NCBI GenBank assembly: GCA_012295275.1
Contig: CM022667.1
Coordinates: 14,632,001-14,696,000 of the forward strand
Length of the DNA stretch: 64,000 nt
Reading direction: 5' to 3'
DNA from: Chrysomallon squamiferum
Taxonomy: Eukaryota; Animalia; Mollusca
Shown: positions 28,939-45,571 of the stretch, piece by piece
Numbering within the stretch: position 1 is the stretch's first letter
Layout of the letters: every line of letters begins with the position of its first letter
Notes under the pieces: generated by a model
Database searches by the model: none
Told to the model about the DNA's origin: nothing
What the model saw: only the letters and a program-made list of their open reading frames with translations
Made by a program: the position numbers and the translations under genes

Positions 28939-29461
28939 AGATATTTACTTTGATGTATATTGGTTTGCATACATGCATGTATATAAACTGACGTAGATAT
29001 GTATCTATACATGTTTTTACTTGTAGACACACATATACACACAAACACACACATACACAAAAATATACATACATACTTACACACACACACACACACATAT
29101 ATATGAGCGTATGTGTGCGTAAGTTGACGTATATATGAATCTATGCCTGTTTTTTACATTATTATTATTTTTAAGTCTTTATCCGAAACATCCCATGTGC
29201 ATACATATATCCTGACATAGAAGTTTACAGAGCAAAGGTTATAATAATACTAACAGAGAGAGAGAGAAAAGTAGATTCTAACTGCACATTCTAAACTATC
29301 AGCATTAGAGCTAACTGATAGATAACTCACCGAATTTAAAAACAAACATATATCCCATTTTCCATAAACATTTGTAAATCCCTAACAAGGAAAACTTAAT
29401 TCAGATCCATAAAACAAAAAGTGTGTACTATAAACAAGAAATTATGCTTTGGCGTGAATCA

Positions 29462-29551
29462 GCGTCATGTGATTTAATTGTTGACGTCATTAGAAAATAC
29501 TCGGAAGATACCGAGTCTACTCGGAAAGAATCGTTTTTTTAAATGACGTCA
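29462..29551. promoter_or_regulatory. Intronic CRE cluster (candidate enhancer)
   Basis: Two perfect TGACGTCA palindromes (29482, 29544) plus a CGTCA half-site (29463). Confidence 0.4.
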
Positions 29552-30590
29552 TAAATAAAATATATTCTTTTGTAAAAATTAAGATGTAAGTAAACAGAAA
29601 AGCCCAAATTAAAAATATATTAAAACAAAAAAAAAAAAAAACCGAAGAAAAAAAAAAAAAAAAAAGAAAGTCAAATGTATTTTAAATAAATCAATATAAT
29701 TGCATAGTAAGATAGTTGTCTTCAATAAAAAAAAAAAAAAAAAAAAACGAAAATGAAAACGAAAAAAAAAAAAAAAACCTACTATTCCACAACTATTCTT
29801 CTTCTTTTTATTATTATTATTGTTATTGTTACTGCTGTCGTTGTCGTTGTTGTTATTGTTGCTGCTGCTGCTGCTGTTGATGTCGTAAAGATGAAATTAC
29901 TCCCTTCCGTATTTAAATAATTATCTACTATGTCATATAATAATTCCACCAGAATATAAAATTATAAATAATCCTTCCTAGGACCTGCATACATTTGCCT
30001 CAGAGGGATCAATACATTTAAGCTGAACTCTGTCATGCAAAAACACCATGATACAAAAGCATTTTCATGTCTGTCTCCCCCCGTCAGAAAAAAAAAGAAG
30101 ATGTATAATCACAAATGCTTCACAGCTATCATTTATCCAACTCCTCTAATACTTAATGACGAGGACACTAGGGGAAAAAAATAATTATGGTCTGAGACCA
30201 GCTTTGGAGAGAAATAATGTCAGATTTCGAATACAGTTCTTGCTGTGTGCAATGAATATGGAAAGTTCCACGAGAAACATTCCGTATAATAATCGGGATT
30301 ATTAAACTTGAAATAGTGTTTCTGCTGGTAAATATAGATCTAGGTGCGATAAATTGGAGGGGACGAATGTGGAGCCCGGTCTTAATTTTGTTATCAAAAC
30401 CTATTTATGTCTTATTGCGAAATTCATGTTATCTTCAAAGTTAATATATTTTTTTTATATTCTTCATCATCATCATCATCATCGTCATCGTCATCTTCTT
30501 CTTCTTCTTCTTCTTCTTCTTCTTCTTCTTCTTCTTCTTCTTCTTCTTCTTCTTCTCCTTATTATTATTATTAATAATTAATTAATATTT

Positions 30591-30633
<43 letters not shown>

Positions 30634-30770
30634 TCCTGGATACCCTGTAGGTTGAATTTGCTTTCTGCTTATGATTCTGACTATTTTATCATCCATTCAT
30701 CCATTTATCCACCTATCTAAACCTATATCACTTTTCATATACGTATCTAACTCTGTATCTGTCTATTTGA

Positions 30771-30771
<1 letters not shown>

Positions 30772-30850
<79 letters not shown>

Positions 30851-31320
30851 ATCCATGCATCCGTCTGTCTGTCTGTCTGTCTCTCTATGTATGTATGTAT
30901 GTATTGTATTGTATGTATGTATGTATGTATGTATATGTGTGTGTTTGTATGTATATGTATGTGTATGTATCTGTGTGTATGTATGTATGTACTATGTATC
31001 TGTATGTGTATGTATGTACGTATGTATCTGTGTGTATGTGTATGTATGTGTATATGTATGTGTGTGTGTATGTATATATGTATCTGTGTATGTATTTGTG
31101 TATGTATGTATGTATGTATCTGTGGATGTATGTATTTATGCATGTATGTATGTATGTATGTATCTGTGTATGTATGTATTTATGTATGTATGTATCTATG
31201 TATGTATATATGTATCTATACATGTATGTATGTATGTATCTATGTATGTAGGTATCTATTATGTATGTATGTATGAATGTATCTATGTACGTATATATGT
31301 GTATGTGTGTGTGTGTGTGT
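30772..31320. repeat. (TCTA)n followed by a long imperfect (TATG)n/(TG)n array
   Basis: Direct reading. Confidence 0.92.
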
Positions 31321-32091
31321 GTTGCGTGCATGTATATATCTGTCTGTCATCTTCTCTCTTTGTAAGTAAAAGAGCAACAACAACAAAACAACAACAACAA
31401 AAAGTCGAAGGAAAACAACACAAAACAAATCAAACACACAAAAAATATCCCACAGAAATAAAATGAGTAAAAAAAACAACAACAATAAAATGAGGATTTG
31501 CTGAGTTCAAGTCGACCCAGCGCAACAACCATCCCTCCCACAGCGGTACAATCTCTCTCCGGTGACTAGCTTCCGCGATAAAATATATATTACGTGTAAT
31601 GCTGTCAGGGTTGCAGCGTTGGTCCCATCAGACGTTGATGAGGATATCGCCGACGTCTGCTTTATCCAGGCTGAATTACTGTCATGCGGTGTTCTTTAGC
31701 TAGGTGAATTATTTCAGTCTTCATTGCGTCAATGTCCTGTCAAATGTAATAAGAGAAAATGACTACTGATTTGTCCAAATCAGATTATAACAGGCGAAGT
31801 AATAGTTGCTTGTCACGTAATGTAAAATAATATCGTCGTGAGTAAAATTGTGAAATTTAAAAAAAAAAAAAAAAAATGATGATGATAATAATGATAATGA
31901 TGATGGTGATGGTGGTGATGATGATAATGATGATGATGATAATAATAGTAATAATAATAATAACGATAAGACGAAGAAAAAGAAAAAGAGAAGAGGAGGA
32001 AGAGAAATAGTAGTAGTAGTAATAGAATAGCAACATCAACAACAACAACGGCAGCAATCACTACAACAACAAAAACAACAACAACAACAAC

Positions 32092-32140
<49 letters not shown>

Positions 32141-32447
32141 TTAATAATAATAATAATAATCGGGTTTTTTCTCGTTATCTGAATGATCCTGTCCTTTATA
32201 TATGACAACAGATAAAAATATATGGTGAGCATGAAGTATAATAAAATGGTTAATCCTTTTGCATCCGGACAGATTATTAAAGGGAATCGTTCATCGAAAT
32301 GTTATCAGTTACTAGTATATGGGTTTTATAAAACTGCTAACGGGATTGTTTCCGTTATTGTTTTTATTTGTAAGTAAACATCAGAAATTTGTTTTAACTG
32401 TTCTCTGACAGTAGCTCACTATGTTATATCTTTTTTATTTCTTTATA

Positions 32448-32481
<34 letters not shown>

Positions 32482-33026
32482 GTGTATGGGTGTGTATGAA
32501 TATATATAAACCTTTTATCTCTGGAATTTTCTCGTAACTTTCAAATACCTACGTTCTGTCTTATGATCAGGAAAACGTGCTTTGGCAGTAATCAACATTT
32601 AAATACGTCTTGTTAGGTCTGTTTTTCTATAGCTTCTGCACTGACAGAATGATGGAAGCAGTCACGAATGGCGTGCTTAGACCACGGTTAAAGTCGTGAA
32701 GAAAAGGGAAATTTCTGTGGTAATAATGTGAATAGATAATTCGTCTTGATGATTTTGGCAAGTCTGGCAAAAATTAAAATAACGGTTCATGTTTAAAAGT
32801 GTCCCGAAAGGTGTGAGGTCATTAACTGTTTTGTACGTTGTCACGAAAGTAACAGCATCGGCAACATTAACTGTGAGTAGACGTATGCACGGGAGTCCCT
32901 TGAAGAGTTAAGACAGCACGAAATGAATGAATTCGTTCTTACTGTTTATTGCTACAGTTTATGTAGATTGTTTTCTTTATGCTGTATTATTAACAGAAAT
33001 GAAATCAGTTATCAATGTCTAGAACA

Positions 33027-33341
<315 letters not shown>

Positions 33342-34469
33342 ACTGCATGTATTCATCGAAATTCATTTTAATCTTAACAAAATATAAATATGTTTTTCTC
33401 AAACGACTGCATCATTATTAACAGCTTTCCTCGAGTTGTCTGGAGAATCAGGAATTAGTCACGGACAGCTGTATCCAGAATACTTCCTTTTAAAATCGCA
33501 GAAAGCTCAGTCGAATCAAACATTATTCCGAAGTCCCCGGGCAGTCAATTACTTCCTACCCACGACACGAGGCCGCACGAGCGAAAGCTAAACTGATTTC
33601 TTGAAATAATACGCCGATTCATTCCCAAACTCCCCTTCAGCTAGAAGTACAGTAAATCACCCGTTTTCTGGATGAGCATTCAAATGACAGGGTTAGTCAA
33701 TACGTCAAAATTAAGAAAGAGTTCGTAATTCATGAAACATGTCTATAAATGAAAACAAGAGAAAAGACGATCGAAAACTGACTTTAAAAAACAAAAACAA
33801 AAAAAACACACAAAACACAGTATGAAAAGAACATGTGGCAATTTCCGATAAGCTAAGAAATAAAACTGACCTGCTAATTGAAATAAGCAAAGCACAGGGA
33901 AAAAAGAGTAACATGCATTTGAAAAAGAAGCATGAGGAAAATAAATATCAGAAAATAAATAAAGCAATCAAGACAGTGATGATCGAAGGAGGAACTCATC
34001 CCAAAGCAAAGGCCATACAAAGAAATTAGTTACGTCATAAATTTAACATCCTACGCAATGAATAACATTACATGGCCAAAGGGGACGACGGATATTACAT
34101 TTAACTGATTAAAACGATAAAAGGGACTTTCCTGCCGATAATCGATACTCACAAATCATTGTCCGAATCGATGTGTTAGAACGATTTTATGTGACCCAGT
34201 AGAGCATGTTGAGATAGAAGGACAAAAAGTTTTAAATTGATGTTTCACGTAATGTGGGGATGGTTACTTTTTTCTCTGAAATACGACAGTTTATAGCGAG
34301 AAGCATTAAGTTTTATTATTGTTTTTTTTTTAATATTAAAATTTATTATTATTGTTATTACTATTATTACTGTTGTTGTTGTTGTTGTTGCTGCTGTTTT
34401 TGTTTTTGCTGTTTCTTGAACTAAATACAAACTAAATGAAAGAAACAAAGAAATAAAAAGACTAGAATT

Positions 34470-35089
<620 letters not shown>

Positions 35090-38000
35090 GTTCGTAAATT
35101 GACGTATTTTTCTGTCTTTATTTATTATTACTGTTTTTGTTAATGTTGTTGTTGTTGTCTTTAATGGCTGCTATCTTCTTTTTCTTCTTCTCATTTTCAT
35201 TAACCTCCTCTTCTTTCCTTTAATGTGACTAGACAGTAAGCAATAAATAACCACAGGTAAAAAAAAAAGAAAAGTGTTTTATAATGATGATGATGATGAT
35301 GATGGTAATGACGACGACGAACATAACGATGGTGATGGAGATAATCGTTTTTTTCTAACATAATTAGATGAATAATAAACAGATATAACGACGATACTGA
35401 TTACAATATAATTACATTATAAATAATAATCTAGTCACGGATGAAAGAAAGAACTTTTTAAAATAATGTACTCTCTATGTGTGTGTTTAAATCTACCATT
35501 AACTTACGTCTTAGATAAGAAGTACTGCAAAGAACTAAACAGATAATGAAGAAAGAAATCTCTATGCCTCGCACTGAGTTTCTCTTCATCGATCAGTCGG
35601 TGACTTTTTCCAGTGCACCTTCCCGTAGACACTAAAGAACGCGTAGAATCGTGGAACAACTGGTTGGAACGAGAAATACCCCAATAGTGATAAGACACAA
35701 GAATTAAATGACCAATAAACCCTGCTATCTAAGCTCTAAGCTGTATCCTGCTCTCTTACGATCATAACAACTACGACGACGACGATGATGATAACGGTGA
35801 CGAGATAAAAAATAATACGGGTACATTATCAAAAAAAAGAAAGAAAATAATAATAATAATAATTATAACAATGATAAATTGGTTTCAGGACAAAATTTAC
35901 TTTTGAACTATATACAACAAAATAATGATGATAAATGATGTTGACGAGATAAAACGATATAGGTAAAACAATTCTGAAAAAAAAAAAAAAAAAAAAAAAA
36001 AAATTGGTTATAGAACAATAACTTCTTTTTAGTGAACTACACAATAACAAAAACCCAGTTCTATCATTCATCACAGACACACACACGGGGAACACTGTAA
36101 AACAACAACCTTTCAAGAAAAAGAACATTTATTAGTCGCGCGAAGCTCTTGGTTGTGACATTACAGTCGTGTTAAATTCAACGTGATGACGTTTAATTGA
36201 ATTCTGTGTCACCGCGACAGACACGTTTGTCTACGCCGTCTTTTACAGATACGTCTTAATTGATCGTTCATTTCGCTTCCTGCCTTGGCAGTCTCGCGAA
36301 CAGTTAGTTAAAGGAGACGGAGGAGGGGGTCAAATATTTGCTGTGTGTAACTAACAGGTCGACAAGGACGATGTTTGTTTATACGCTCCTCCTCCGTTGA
36401 CCACGGTGTTCTAAGAGTCATCATGGCAGAGAAGTCGCTTGGACGGCGAAGATTCGTTCGCGTTGATGAACGTTTTGTTGTCCAACACACGATCTGGTTG
36501 TTATCGGTTGTTCATTATTTGATTGTTTTTAATTGTCTGTTTTATGTACGTATTATCCGTTTCAGATAATTCTAGCATCTTTTTAATTTTTTTTTTTTTT
36601 TTTTTTTTTAATCTTTCTGATAGGTTTTGGTTTTATTTGTATCAGCCATTTTTAGAAAAAAAAACAGTCTGTCTGTTCCGTTTTATTATGTATGTAAATA
36701 TATGTTTGTATGTATTCAGTTGTTTGTTGTTGGCATGCGTGCGTGCATATGCATACGTGTATAAAGAATGTATGTATGTTTGAATGTATGTATGTATGTA
36801 TGTATGTATGTATGTATGTACATATGTATGTATGTATGTATGCATTACGTATGTATATATATGTGTAGAGATGTATATGTATATATGTATACATATATAT
36901 CTTTCTATTCATTTTGTAATTATTTATAAGAATCAGTTATAACAAAACACGAAAGAACATAATGGTAAAATAACAACTTAATAATCTAATAAAAAAATTA
37001 ATAATCCAGAATTTGTACATCTTTTCAGATTCTTTTAGATTTGTTCTGAATGATATCATCATCATACTGTTGGCATGACAATATTCTAGTTAGTCTGCAA
37101 AACAACTTATTTGACCAAAATGTCTCGCATAGTTAAAATAATTTTATCAATGAACTGACCAAGCCAACGATGTTCTTGAATCGAAGAAAGTCACTGAAAA
37201 ATAATGATTCTGATGTCAGAAAAATATTACACATCGATTCAGCGGCTTATTTTAACAAAGCAGAAGCAAAGAAATGAATCTTCATGAAAAGACTTTGGAA
37301 CATAATTTTCTTCTTTTTTTTCTTCACCCCCTTCTCTCGCTCTCTCTCATCCTCTCTCTCTCTTCTGTATGCACGACACAGGTCATAACTAAGTATTACT
37401 CAGTAATCAGGAAGAGAGCTGGGGTCTAACCAAAGACAAGCCAGAAGGTCAAACGCATTCTTACAGGAGAATAGACTTTCTTCGCGTCCCTTGTGTAGAT
37501 CATTTAATTACGATCGGCTTGTGAATCCTGTTTTCACGGCTCCTTTGACAAGGGCATGACCCAGATAGGAAATCAATTAACTAGATTAAATTATCAAGAT
37601 TAGATACCCACGCCGGACGCCTGCAATATGCGTTAGCGATGTGGCGACGACGTCTTCTCTCCGAAATGAACTGCGTCTATTAATATCGGCGGTAATATTC
37701 GGTTTCCAGCGAATTGGTTTACACGTTTTATTAAATTATTTCTAGCCGTTTATCGAGAGTATTATCTGCGCGTTCAGTGCTGGTTATTAGTTAACTGAGA
37801 GTGTTAACATCCGCTGTTAGTAAACACAATGCCCAGCCGCAGGCCACGACGTGTTCAAATACCCTTGTTGTTGACCAGGACATTAACAGTAGTAGCAACT
37901 GCAACAACGTCTGTTGACGTTAATAATAATAATGATGATAAGAATGATGATGATGATATAATAATAATAATAGTTGTAATAATAATAATAATAATAATGA

Positions 38001-38179
38001 TGATAATGATGATAATGAAATGATAATAATCATTACAAATATATTTTATTGTCGAAAATCGAAAAGTAACAATATCAGCGATGATGATAATGATGATGAT
38101 GATGATGATGATAATTAAATTAAAGCAATAATACTGAAAATAACGAAACGGAAAGAAAAACAAAGTAGCAGACGTATAA

Positions 38180-38210
<31 letters not shown>

Positions 38211-40223
38211 ACAAACAAAAATAATCGATTGAATAATAAAACCAAGCAATATTAATTTACGGTACATTACTTTACGAAACACACATACACACACACACAC
38301 AAAATAATACAACTCATCCTGATCAAGCCATTTTAAATCCCTTCTAAATCCTTACTTAATAACTGTAAACGATTCCACGAAATTATTTTAAACGAAGTAA
38401 TGGAATATTCTGGAATATCGTTCTTAAATGCTCCGCGCAGGTTTACTTCTGTATTGACATAGATTTTAATTCATTTCGAAGAAAATTCCGTGATATAATT
38501 CGATAGTTTTTTTGTATTGCTAAGTAACTAGTTCGTTGACCTGTGCCAGAAATATTGCGTATTCTTATGTCAGATAGTCGTCTTTCAAGGGCGATAACTT
38601 ACTTATTATACATTTCGGCAAACATCGCCAGATGAATAACGAAATTACACGAGATTTAGTTGAATTGCGGACAGTCGTCACGTTGGTAATGAACTACAAC
38701 GATGTTATTCGGAAGCTTCCGTTTGTACGGGTAATGAAAATGTTCTGTTACCGTTAAATTATTTACTTCTTAGCAGCGAAAACGTTACTGCTAGATTTGC
38801 ATTACGGACCGAATAAAATAAAAATAAAATAAAATAGAATAAAATAAACGTGAATAAATGTTAATAATAAAAATAATAAAGTTCCTTAATTTCCTTAACG
38901 TTATTTTCCTTCTGATTAAGCATGTTTGTTCTCCTATTTTCCGTAAGGAAACAGTTACGCTAAAAGCAATTAATGACGTCAACAATTGTTTTTAATATTT
39001 TATATATTTATGAGTAAACCCACTTTGCATGTTCAGAACTATTATACTATCTGTAGTAGTAGTAGCAGTAGTAGTAGTGCTAGTTGAGATTGTACTAATA
39101 TGCATTATCAGAATAAAGAAACCCAACAAACAAATTGAAAAAAAGTGAAAATAACGCCCAGTATACTAAAGACAACATTACAGAACAGCACAATGTAAAA
39201 TAGATTATCTAAGCATTTAGGCCATCTTCATACAACTATTAGGAACACTTGTATCTCGGGAAATTCTCGTCGCAGACCACTTCCTAACCAATAACTGGGG
39301 TAACTACTGCATTTTTCACCTCTCCAACAAATAGAAATCAGCTCGCATCAAGCAGTCTACAAGCCTTTTGTATGCCAGATCGACCCAATCGCAATCTTTT
39401 TCATAGTTTACAAACCTAAATTGGACACTAAGACATCCAATTCCACTTGCTAAATTGGGACGGTGCAAGACTTCGCCGATCTAATACGAGTCCTCCAAGA
39501 AGGGTTAAGTGTGCGGCCTAGGGGACTTGTTGTAATGTTCTTTTGTTTTCCACTGTTAGTTCTCTCTTGGAGACAGGAGAAGGACCAATTTCTCTCTCGC
39601 GAGCACGTTGGTGCCACACAACTTGGGAGGAATTTAAAAAGCGATTTTTCTTCTTCCGTTCATTACCAATATGGCGCCGACGTGCAATTCGGAATGATTG
39701 CGATAATAGATGTTGATCCCACGGAGACATAAACAACATACTCTGTTGTTAGTTGAGCTGAGTGAAGGACAAAAATAATTATGCAAAAGTAGAAGAGGAA
39801 AATTAAGGGCTAGAAATTACGTTTGTCTTTCTGGTTAAGTCTGCGCTCGGTAATAGCTGAACTGTAATGATGGCCGTTATCACTGTATGTAGTACACATC
39901 GGAAACAATGAATTCATTTAATGTAACCAACAAAGCTTAATTCCAAAGGTCGTCGTAACATAATAAGTAAATGTGCAGTTAATTTAGGAAAAAATAAATA
40001 AGTACTTGCCTTTGTCTGCATTCAAATAAGACAGGAAAGTTTCAAACAAAAATAAAACAGACACTTTTTTTTTTGGATGCCTCTGAATGTGGATAGAAGA
40101 AAAAATATATTTTAGTTTATTTTCGTTTTGGCAGACACGCAAATTAACTGACGACGACGACGATGGTGATAATAAAAACAGTAAAATAAATAAATATATA
40201 ACTAACTAATAATAATAACTATA

Positions 40224-40278
<55 letters not shown>

Positions 40279-41400
40279 GAAATGATAATTATAAATGATG
40301 ATGATGATGATGGTGATGATAATAACGATGATGATGGTAATTATTAAACTAAACAAATCCCGACTACGGAGGTATGATAATCTATTAAAACCAAAGTGAA
40401 TGAAATTACAATCACTTCGTCATTTATAAGCTCGCTCTGTATATTACCATCACTTCACCTTTTCACACCAAACAACGTTCAGTCCCAAAAAAAAAAAACC
40501 GGCAATCAATCCACAATTATCACATCTCTTCTTCATCTGTATTTTAACTTATTTTTTTTTTTTTTTTTTTGTGTACTTGACTTCCAAGTGCATCTTTGGT
40601 TCATTGAAAGCCCCGGGTCAAATCTCTCCGAGAAACTGGGCACCAATAAAAACGACTAAATGTGACGTGAAAGTTTGTCAAAGGTGTAATTTGTCAAAGG
40701 GATTGAATCGAGGCTAGCTGCTGCTGAAATGTGGACGAAATTGATTGCCCAACGTCATCGGAACTTGACGAGGCGAACAAGAGTTAAGTGAGAGCGAGTG
40801 CGGACTTTTTGCTGCAGGAATATCCAATCTTGAATAACTGCTGCTGTTTTTTTTTTTTGTGTCAGATTCGAGAAACCCGTTTTAACGCCAAGGAAAGTCT
40901 CGTTACCGCTGGCCTGAAAGAATGAAATTGTTACTGCCAACAGAGGTCGCGAATATTGGATTTTAACTTTCCAACAAGTGGTTTTCGCCTCCTCGAATTT
41001 ATAAAGTAGATTTTTTTTGTTGATGTTTTTTTTATTTGTTTTTTTGTTTTTGTCTTAATCAAGAGTAAATAACAATTTCGACAGAGTTTGCTTTAGCGTA
41101 TTTATTTGATACTGGAAGATAAGGAAATTGAAAGTAAATAAATTAAACTCTACTAAACTGAAATGAACTAAACTAAACAAATCTAAATTAAAATAACATA
41201 AAAAAATAAAATAAATATAATTATATATATGTGTATTGCATGTGTGTGTATTTATGTATGTATATATGCAGGCATGTATGTATGTATGAATATATGTATG
41301 TTTGTATGTATGTATGTATGAATATATGTATGTTTGTATGTATGTATGCATTTATATATATATATATATATTTATGTCTGTGTGTGTGAATATAAGTAAA

Positions 41401-41431
<31 letters not shown>

Positions 41432-41910
41432 TAATAATAAACATATAATTTACTATAATAGATACTTTATATACTGTATACTTAAAAAACGAAGATTAGC
41501 ATTTTTGAATTCTACGTTTATTGTGTGAAAAGTGTGACATACGGCGGTACTTTGATAGTTAAATACTATTAACATGATTAATGACAACAGACAACAAGTC
41601 GTTAAACAAATGTATATTACTATGCATTGGAAACGCAACATAAATCAACCCTTAACAAGACTATTGGGTAATTTCCCAATCCAGCCATTGTCGTACAGTT
41701 GGTTATAACAGATCATCGTTATGTTCTCTCGTGTTTCTGTAAATGTCCATATAAAGATATGTCTTGCTGTTAATGAATTTGTTTAGCAGACATATGGTAA
41801 TCCCTTGATTAGTCAAATCACTTCATATATCACTGGCATAGTAATCAACGGATTTATTAAATAGAAGAAAAAAAAAAATATATATATATAATAAATTAAA
41901 TAAACAAAAA

Positions 41911-41947
<37 letters not shown>

Positions 41948-43242
41948 AACTGACTAACTAGCTAACTAATTAACTTACTAAATAAACAAATAAATAAATA
42001 AGAAGAAAAATTAGAAAAACAGAAGACAGAAATGGTAATTTCCAGATGTATAAATCTCCGTTTTACTCGTCCTTTGAAAGAAACATGGATTCAGTTATTT
42101 ATGTTCGCGACTTTTATACCGTCTCAGCATAACTTCCAGTTACTCAGACTCCGAACAAACATCTCCGATGTTTATCGACTGGTCAGGTCTACTGCCCACT
42201 TAAAATTAATACATAAAACATAGGTAATAACTCATCTGCCTATAAAACTGGTCCTCAGACTGTGAAAATAGATTCCAGCCAATAAAACAGTCCACAGCTT
42301 TTAATGTTGTCGATGACCATTAAAATATTCTTGCGCCAATAAAAGAGTCCATGCCTAGTTTGAGCTGCAAAAGTTTGTTCACAGCGGTTATCTAACTATA
42401 ACGGTTCGTCAGATGATTTCGTTCGTCAGATTACCCGCAACGGCGCTGAAGCGATTGCGATTCGAAGCTTTCGAGGCGTTTTCTCATTTTTGATTGTTGA
42501 ATATGAAAGCTGATTTTTTTCAGACGCTCACTTCAAGGGACTTATCGTCTGTTTCAGGCGAGCGAGTTTTATTGGAGTTAACTCCACTTGACAGAACACA
42601 CGCTAGCAGCGCCCTCTGGCCATTTCCGTCAGTGAGATGTTCTGATCGTCTGCTGCTGTGCTTGGTCTTTTATTTTATTTTATTTCTTTTTTTTTCTCTC
42701 TCTCCCTCTCTCTTCCTTTTTTTTTTTTTTTTTTTTTTTTTTTGTCTCTCAACTCCGGTAAGAACTGTTAATTCATTATCTGAAGCGTGCGTTGCGTGTT
42801 TTTATTCTTTCTGTCGATAAGCGTCTGATTTAGCTCAACTATTTGTTTCAAGTGGCCGTGACTTAAAGTCGCATTCCCTTTGAAAGTAAATCTGTTTTCT
42901 TAAAACCTTTTGCGATTTGTTTTGCATCTCGTCTGTAAAGAACGACCAGCGGTACGCCAGATGCAAACACTAAACTGATTGTGAAAGGAAAAAAATAATT
43001 ATGCTGAGAATGATGGCTGATAATCATCATCATCATCATCATCATCATCGTCATAATATTGTAGTACTATCACTACAGCTACTGCTGTTATTACTGCACT
43101 ACTATTACCACCACCACAACAGCTGGAACAGCAGCAACAACAACAGAAAACAATAACATTAACAGTATTACTACTACTACTACTACTACTACTGATAATA
43201 TAATGATGATGATGATGATGATGATAATAATAATAATAATAA

Positions 43243-43273
<31 letters not shown>

Positions 43274-45483
43274 AAGAAGATGAATTGAATATAGGGCAAC
43301 TTTAATTTAATTTGCTTTAATCTTTTCTGTTTATAAACCGCTCGTCAGTGGACGGGATTCGCCCCATTTCCAGAGTCATCGCTTTAAACAAGCTGTACGC
43401 ACTTCTCATTAAACACAGATTGCGTTCATTTGCCTTTACACTCCTTCCAAAACATCTGTATTTTCTCACCGTCTGTAACACTTCTTGCAAATGTTTGTTT
43501 CCTTGCCAGTAGACTGTTGCCTTAGCGTGATTTATTTAGTGACGGCGGTTTTGATATATCGCGTTGTATTGACTGTAAACACTCCACCAAAATTACTATT
43601 TGTTACGCCAAACACTCCGAACACTGAAGTCGTGAACCAAGGGATCAGTCTATTACGGACGGCACAGACAAACGCCAAACATTATAATGAAGAAGAAGGA
43701 GTTGGTAATTCGACTACCCGATTTGATTCGAAGGTTTGAATTACCAGTCAGAAAACAGTGTTACTCTAACAGTTAAGCTGTAAGTAGGTTAGAATAGGGG
43801 ATGGCTGCTCTAAATTTGAACTGATTTCATTTTGAAAGAGTAAATCAGGACATCGCCGGGCAATGCCTGCTAATGAAGTAATCATAGACATAAGGTGTCC
43901 CGTCCTTGTACACAGTAAAACGTTCCTGGCTGTTCAGATATTGAATGTTTTGGATAAGTCCGATACGGTCACACTTGAAATGCATGTATTATAATGGAAA
44001 TGTTTTAAACACAATCATTATATACTTCTGTAATGGACAATTGCTTAGCTATCAGCGTCAATCAGACTTCAAAACGTCCACGGTATCCTAGACAGTCTGT
44101 TTCGAAGAATGCGACAAATTACACAGATCCTATCAGGTTAAGATTCTTATATAGAAATACTAAATATTACGTCAAACCCAAGTAAGATATGGTTCTGCTA
44201 CAGAAACTACTAAATATTACATTCATTCAGTCAAGATTTCTACTTAAAACCTCAAGGCCGTAGTTTATACAAGGGATATCAAATAAATCAGCCATTTGTT
44301 AGACTATAGGCAACTAATTAATTACGAATTTAGTTTATTTCTCATGAAAGACTATTTGAACTGAAGAAAATATTGACATGTATAATTTTATTTATGGCTG
44401 AATAACTTTTTTATTATTATTATTAATTTGTGTGTCTCTGGGTATTATTGATATATTGCGTATATCAGTATGTGTATTAACAGTAATAATATATATATGT
44501 ATGTCTGTATGTATGTATGTATATGTATATGTAGGTATGTATGTTTGTGTATATATATATATATGTATGTATGTAGGTATGTATGTTTGTGTATATATAT
44601 GTATATATCTATGTATATAAGCAACAAATTGACAAGGCGAAGTTGACAATTAATAATAGTCGGTTCTATCTGGTAATCGATGACAAATTAAGGTTAAGCA
44701 CATTGATCACAATTCATTGATTTGTCTGTTGAGGCGATTAGAGTCAATAGTCAGCTGCATGAGCGAAAACAAAGAGAAGCACACCAGGCCGAGAAAGCCC
44801 ATCGACTCGTATTAGCGGGCGCGTTTGTTAAAAACTTCCTCATCCCATCGATCAGACGTCCTTTAATTTGCGACAGGTAAAGAAGTATGTAAGTAACAGA
44901 AACTGTTTCAGACAAGACGACAGTAACGATTTGTCTCGATAACATTTGTTCATCCGATCCGTAATGGTTATGGATTATTTAGCACAAACAATCGAGGCTG
45001 GCGATGATCTTCCGGTATTTGTGGAAGTAGATGGCGTACTTGAGACCGTGCTTCAATTATCCGCGGCTAAAAATAGACGTGTTTGTTTTGTGACGTCTGC
45101 AGTTTGATTATCGCGTAGAATATTCGAGACGTGTTTTTGTTTTAGTTGCTTTTACTTGTTCCGTACGGTTTTAAAATAACAAGGAGCAGATAGATAAGGA
45201 AGTATTCATGCATATGAACAGAGACATAGATACATAGATACATACATACATACATACATACATACATACATACATACATACATACATACATACATACATA
45301 CAAACATACATACATACATATAGGGAACATGCACTCATATAGTTATAACGTAGCATTCTAAACAACGATATGTTAACTCAAACAAGTGCTAATATCGTAA
45401 CAACTCATTCTGCTTTTCAAAATGTTTTATTGATCACAGATTCATAATTTCTGGAACTGAAAAGAGAAAATTTCTTGGTGCCA

Positions 45484-45571
<88 letters not shown>

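Noticed and set aside
36150-36215. Imperfect hairpin (GTGACA...AACGTGATGACGTT...TGTCAC) as a possible intronic miRNA
   Set aside because: Large bulges, a short continuous stem and no match to miRNA families I recognise.
43850-43876. CGCCGGGCAATGCCTGCTAAT, reminiscent of a Helitron 3' hairpin + CTRR
   Set aside because: The hairpin is too short and the spacing is wrong. No 5' TC end or other element sequence was identified.
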